Positions 56,060 through 64,000 of a stretch of DNA of 64,000 nucleotides are shown here, in pieces. Below the pieces are notes generated by a model that saw nothing but the letters and a program-made list of their open reading frames with translations, was not told the DNA's origin and made no database searches. The position numbers and the translations under genes were made by a program. The stretch spans positions 160,456,001 to 160,520,000 of the forward strand of contig OZ024743.1 in NCBI GenBank assembly GCA_964016885.1, read 5' to 3'. This DNA comes from Eledone cirrhosa. Its lineage: Eukaryota. Every line of letters begins with the position of its first letter. Position 1 is the stretch's first letter.

Positions 56060-57096
56060 GAGGGAGAGAAATGCAGAGAGGACAAGTGAGAAAGATAGTG
56101 TGAGAGAACGAAAAAAAGAAAGAGAAGTTGGATATGATAGCTAGACTTAATGTACTCTCGGGGGCCCCAATAGTAGGGAGTTGGGATCAGTGAGTGTGGG
56201 GTATCGGTTATTTTTTGGGGTTGTCTCCCTGATTTTTTTAAATCTTTAAAACCAGAATTAGTCGTTTAGCTTACATTTTGAGGACCCAATCCATCCTATT
56301 TATTTTATAACGTATGGGATTTCTAGTAATGTTCTTTTTTGTCATGTATAATGTTTTTTAATGTCTAAAGAAGATTAATTATCACAGGAATGCTACCACT
56401 TAAAATAAAATTTCGCCAGACGTAGACAAGCAAAATTTAATAAGCGGGTGGTGATTGGAATAAGAACGGGAGTGAGGGGATCTGAAAAATTAATAAGAGG
56501 TGGGGGGGAGGGATTACTCGATACCTGAGAGTAGGCAAAATATCCGACTTTTAGTATCAGCTGGAGACAAGAGCAAGTAGATAGTAAGAAATGGAGTAAG
56601 TCAATCTGCTGGAATGAATTGACTCTAGGGAGCCATAGTATGAGAGAGAGAGGGAAAGAGAGAAAGAGACAGAGACAATGAGAGAGGGATAAAGCCATTC
56701 CCAATATATGACCGAGTTAAGTTCCAACTGACAGTAAGTCGGTATGGACCTAATTTGAAAACATGTACGTATGACCAGAGTGGAAGAGGTAGCGTATTTT
56801 ATATACACTAGCAGAAAAACCCCACTTCGGGTGATATTTTGCTAGCATGTGTAGTGTGCATATTGATATTATATGCAAATATACATGCATGTAGATATGA
56901 TACGTCAAATACAATCGTAATTGACAATATGCACAGAAATTGAATAGAGAGTGTTACAATCTCTTCTGTATTCAGTAAAGTAATCCATGATATATTTATA
57001 AAAGACGATATTATATGTAAACTGCATTACGGTGAAATGGAATGAAAATTAAAGAAGTGTATCTTAAAACAAGCAATCATTATATATAAGAATATA

Positions 57097-57320
57097 GGGC
57101 GGTGGATTGGCAGTATCGGTAGGGGGTCGGACGCCATGCTTTGACGTATAGAGTTACGGCCCTTGCCATTCTGAATTCAAATCCCGCCGAGGTTAACTTG
57201 CCATTCTGAGTTCAAATCCCGCCGAGGTTAACTTTGCCTTTCATCCTTACGGGGTCGATAAAATAAAGTACCAGTAATGCACTGGGTAATTGCTGGCCTT
57301 GTGCCAAAAGTAGAAACAAT
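57097..57320 (+). mobile_element. Full-length tRNA-derived SINE with Nin/Deu-like domain and 17 bp TSD
   Basis: A box TGGCAGTATCGG; B box GAGTTCAAATCC (locally duplicated); core gcctttcatccttacggggtcgataaaataaagtaccag; TSD attatatataagaatat at 57079-57095 and 57319-57335. Confidence 0.88.
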
Positions 57321-57460
57321 TATATATAAGAATATTTATGTTTAATCAACAGCTACGAAATTTAGTACATAAATTATGTAATATTCATTCATTTCGAGCG
57401 TCGGTCGGGTGGCCGGTTTGCGCCCGTTTCGTTGCGTTCGTTTCGTTTTTCCCTGCCCTT

Positions 57461-57558
57461 GGTTGACTTTGCCTTTCATCCTTACGGGGTCGATAAAATA
57501 AAGTACCAGTAATGCACTGATAATTGCTGGCCTTGTGCCTACAGTAGAAACAATTATT
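57461..57558 (+). mobile_element. SINE 3' half
   Basis: Same core and tail as 57097. Confidence 0.8.
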
Positions 57559-58283
57559 TATTCAAAGTAATCCAGCTTATTTTACTAACGAGATTAAAAA
57601 ATATATTCAGGACACAGTCCCGCAATCCTCCCTTTATTATATTATGATTACCTATGTAGTGTATTATGTACTGTACTATGAAACTAATACATTTTATATG
57701 TATCTTCGCCCGGAGCTCCCTCGTGGTTTATATGTAAGTTGCCCCGTATTACAAATCTCTTCTGCTAAATATCGTTCTACTGTGATTAAATTATACTATT
57801 AGCTGCTATTACATCAGCACACGCTTCTTCTGGTATTTGGATATTATGCAAATTATTTCTTTTTCTAAAGTGATTAGACATTATATTCAATCCTTCAAAA
57901 AATTTCGATTCTTAACTTAAATTGTTAGGAGGCTCATGGGTGTCGTTTTCTATCTTGCCTTCCAACCAGGGAATCTGCAATTTTACCATTTTATGGACAG
58001 GTCTTTGCCGCTTCTTTGTTATTACCATTAATTGTTTGGTGGCCAAACATTTTACTGTGTTCCGCAAAACAACCTCGTCATTAATAAAAGTAGAGATCAT
58101 TGAATAAGAAAAAATTCAATTACATGCAACAGCGTTTATATTTTCTCTGCTTCATATTAACTAGTTACATATAGATTCCCAACGTTACTGACTTACTCTG
58201 TTTCTTTCTTTGTGCATTAGCAGATGAAAAGGTCTTATTGCACGCCATCCAATCATTTGAATGGTTTGCATAGTTAGAGTCAG

Positions 58284-58356
<73 letters not shown>

Positions 58357-58357
58357 A

Positions 58358-58390
<33 letters not shown>

Positions 58391-58883
58391 ACTCACTCAC
58401 TCACCCAAGCACACACACACACACACACACGCATATATATATTGTGTCTGTGTGTGTGTGTGTGTGTGTATGCGTGTGTGTGTGTGTGTGTGTGTGTGTT
58501 TTGATCAATGAAAATAAAACAAAAGACGAAGATAGATTCTTGATTAGTTCAAAGTTTTATGGTCATTTCAGAGGGTTGATTGATCATCATAAATCGATAT
58601 ATTAGCTAATTAATAGTGGGCATGCCACCACATTTTATTAGTCTCGATATCCTTGATCGATCTCACCGTCTTCCTCAGAACATATGAACTATAACCTTTA
58701 TAAGAAATATAAGGAGGCTGAAACGCATCAATTGGATGCATTGGACCGAGAAGAATAAACAAAAGATAAAAGAATAAATATTATGATTCAACAGTCAAAT
58801 ATAAATAAATACAAACAGAAAAACATATACACACATACACACACACAAAAAAACAGTAGAAAAACATTTTAGTGAACAAATTA

Positions 58884-59082
58884 ATAATTGTTTCTCATTT
58901 AGGCACATGACCAACAATTTGGGGGGAGTGGAATTTCGGTTAATTCGACCCCAGTGCGTTACTGGTACCTCATTTTATCGACCTCGTAATGATGAAAACC
59001 AAAGCTAACCTCGACGGGATTTGAAATTAGAACGTAAAGAGCCGAAACTCAGTGCTACAAAACATGTTGTCCGACGCTCTAC
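58884..59082 (-). mobile_element. Diverged SINE copy
   Basis: aattgtttctcatttaggcac..ttatcgacctcgtaatgatgaaa..tgaaattagaacgtaaag. Confidence 0.75.
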
Positions 59083-59444
59083 AAATTAAACATATAAGCT
59101 CATAAATTCTATAACGAATTTAGAGGAGAGGTAAGGGATCCTGATAGGATAAACCAGTAAATAAATAAATATATGAACACATTGAATGTTGTCATCTGTC
59201 AGCCCGGCCTTCATACCGCCAAAAGCTTGTGATATCTTTGTAGACTGCCACAAATGACAATCAGGCGTTGTGTGTGGCTAGAGACAAATATTTCCATACA
59301 CATATACTTATAGAAAGACAGGGCCAAAGTGAGATATAGAGATCCCCTCGTCTAATTTGTTGATGACCTGTTTACCTCCCGTCGTATATGCATATTTCTG
59401 CATACATATTTTAGCTTTTGTAGATACATACACATACATATACA

Positions 59445-59605
59445 CCCTCAAGGACAGAAGACACAGGAGGAAGAACCACAACAGTAACTCATTAAAACCA
59501 GACATTCAACTGCATCCGCCGCTGCCCTGCCTGATTGTCCCACGTTGGCCTGAGCAACCACATCATGGTTTGGCTTCGTGATCGAAGATTAGGAAGGGGG
59601 TGATC
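59445..59605 (+). mobile_element. RTE-like LINE extreme 3' fragment
   Basis: LKDRRHRRKNH, then TFNC..C..SHVGLSNH (degenerate C2H2). Confidence 0.45.
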
Positions 59606-59626
59606 AACATATATATATATATATAT

Positions 59627-59753
59627 AACGAAGGAAATGTGGTAAGGAACCAAATGGACCATAACGCACCAAAGTACTCAATACTTAGGGTAGTAGAGTG
59701 GGTAATAGGAACGAGTAGGACCCCGACGGCTGAGCTCAAGCCGTTTCGACGGC
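59627..59753 (-). mobile_element. Short (TA)n-inserted fragment with the 3' half of an HHR
   Basis: Minus: gccgtc GAAAC ggct tgagctc agcc GUC ggggtc..gtattgagtac. Confidence 0.6.
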
Positions 59754-60273
59754 ATATATATATGAATATAGGCATTAAATGTTTCTTCACTATATAGTTA
59801 CATTATAACTTTTCAGCATCTAAATTTAAAAGAAAAAATAGAGTAACAGCCCATAGATGCTTTACTTTGAACTAATTGACCAATCCGGTAACATGATACC
59901 ATACCCAGTTCAAAAACAGCAACGCCAATTCTAAAATATTTCCCCACTCATATAATATCTATTACGTTGAAATTTTTGGGAGGCATATGCTGGCCGGCCA
60001 CTGAATAGCACGTCCGACCGCTAGCATATCAAAGGATATTTACATCTCCTGTGGATTTTATCTGATGAGAACTTATTTGATTGATGTTATACATAAGCCA
60101 TACATCTTTGAAATACATATAATAAAATATATAGGAATGGACTAAAGTAACTGACTTATTTGTTTATTATTATAATAAAACTCCGGATAAACATAAACTG
60201 TTGAGCGTTTGACATCTGTATATAAAAATCGGCTGATTGGATAAAAAGTACATACGCACATACGCACGCACGC

Positions 60274-60381
<108 letters not shown>

Positions 60382-60635
60382 TGGTAAACGGAATAGAAAA
60401 TGCTGACAAATTGTTCACAGTTGAAAAATGGTTTAATTAGGAATAAAAGAGTATTAGTGATTGTATGGGTTTTAGGTTTTTAAGTTTTTACCGGTTGCGC
60501 ATTTCTGATTGTATGGGTTTTAAGTTTTTAAGTTTTTACCGGGTGCGCATTTCTAAATGCTTTTCAAAAATAATTTTGAGATAGAGTGTCCGTGTTGTTT
60601 GCTCTGATCTGTATATATATATATACATTTATATA

Positions 60636-63058
<2,423 letters not shown>

Positions 63059-63138
63059 TATTACTGTAAGTTCACCAGAGTGAGCACTCGATGCGTAGTT
63101 TCCAGTAGGTATATTGGTGCTGTACTAAGCAGAGTGTA

Positions 63139-64000
63139 ATAATGGTTTCTTATTTAGGCAGAAAGCCAGCAATTTGGGGCAAGGGGAAAGTCGATTAAAT
63201 CGACCCCAGTGTGTTACTGGTGCTTTATTTTATCGACCCCGTAAGATGAAAGGCAAAGTTAACCTCGGCGGGATTTGAAAACAGAACGTAAAGGGCCATA
63301 ACTCTATGCTGCAAAGCATGGTGTCCGACCCTCTACCGATACTGCCAATCCGTCACCCTAAAATAATTGTTTCTACTTTTGGCACAAGGCCAGCAATTAT
63401 TCCAGTATATTACTGGTACTTTATTTTATCGACCCCGTAATGATGAAAGGCAAAGTTAACCTCGGCGGGATTTGAACTCAGATCGTAAAGGGACATAACT
63501 ATGCTGGAAAGCATGTCCGACACTCCACCGATACTGCCAATTCACCGCCCTAAATGTTGTTAATAATTGTTTCTACTTTAGGCACAAGGCCAGCAATTAC
63601 CCAGTGCATTACTGGTACTTTATTTTATCGACCCCGTAAGGATGAAGGGCAAAGTCAACCTCGGCGGGATTTGAACTCAGATCGTAAAGGGGCGTAACTA
63701 TGCTGGAAAGCATGGCGTCCGACCCTCTACGGATACTGCCAATCCACCGCCATACTACCAATCCACCGCCATACTGCCAATCCACCGCCATAAAGTAATA
63801 ATTGTTTCTACTTTAGGCACAAGGCCAGCAATTAACCAGTGCATTACTGGTACTTTATTTTATCGACCCCGTAAGGATGAAAGGCAAAGTCAACCTCGGT
63901 GGGATTTGAACACAGATCGTAAAGGGACGTAACTATGCTGGAAAGCATGGCGTCCGACCCTCCACCGATACTGCCAATCAATCCACCGCCATACTACCAA
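63139..64000 (-). repeat. Head-to-tail array of 4 SINE copies (~200-235 bp), running off the window
   Basis: Units start taat(t/g)gtttcta..ggcacaaggccagc at ~63140, ~63363, ~63563 and ~63798. Confidence 0.9.

Noticed and set aside
57097-57230. tRNA gene
   Set aside because: A/B boxes are present but I could not build a cloverleaf; it is the head of a multi-copy SINE with a TSD.
58221-58263. Candidate micro-exon (DEKVLLHAIQSFE)
   Set aside because: Weak donor site, too short, and no supporting homology.
58640-58752. Degenerate HHR-like fold (tcc ttgatcga..gaaacgcatc..gatgcatt gga)
   Set aside because: The core is too altered to call.

Overview
Eukaryotic, gene-poor, AT- and microsatellite-rich DNA made almost entirely of mobile elements. 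A cephalopod (octopus-like) origin is inferred from a recurrent tRNA-derived SINE with a Nin/Deu-like middle domain; this is not proven. No host gene could be confidently identified. Recognisable elements are a decayed Tx1/L1-like LINE, an internally deleted R4/Dong-like element, a CRE-like fragment, RTE-derived short elements, four Penelope-like element (PLE) pieces (one with an open RT+GIY-YIG frame), a frameshifted Rep/Hel Helitron with a non-autonomous partner, DD37D and Tc1-type DNA transposons, and many SINE copies. The main signal is absent from the ORF track. By eye I count roughly 30 type I hammerhead ribozyme (HHR) motifs, intact or degenerate, from about a dozen sequence families. 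They sit in non-coding 310-650 bp tandem or terminally redundant units and in PLE 3' ends. Most are inserted in (TA)n and many carry fold-back inversions. The set shows clear base-pair covariation, palindromic (dimer-type) stem III sequences, two independent U3-A8 core variants, an octamer motif in one family, and one insertion whose 5' end coincides with the predicted cleavage site. This fits a retrozyme/circRNA system mobilised by PLEs. All structures were folded by hand; catalytic activity and expression are untested.
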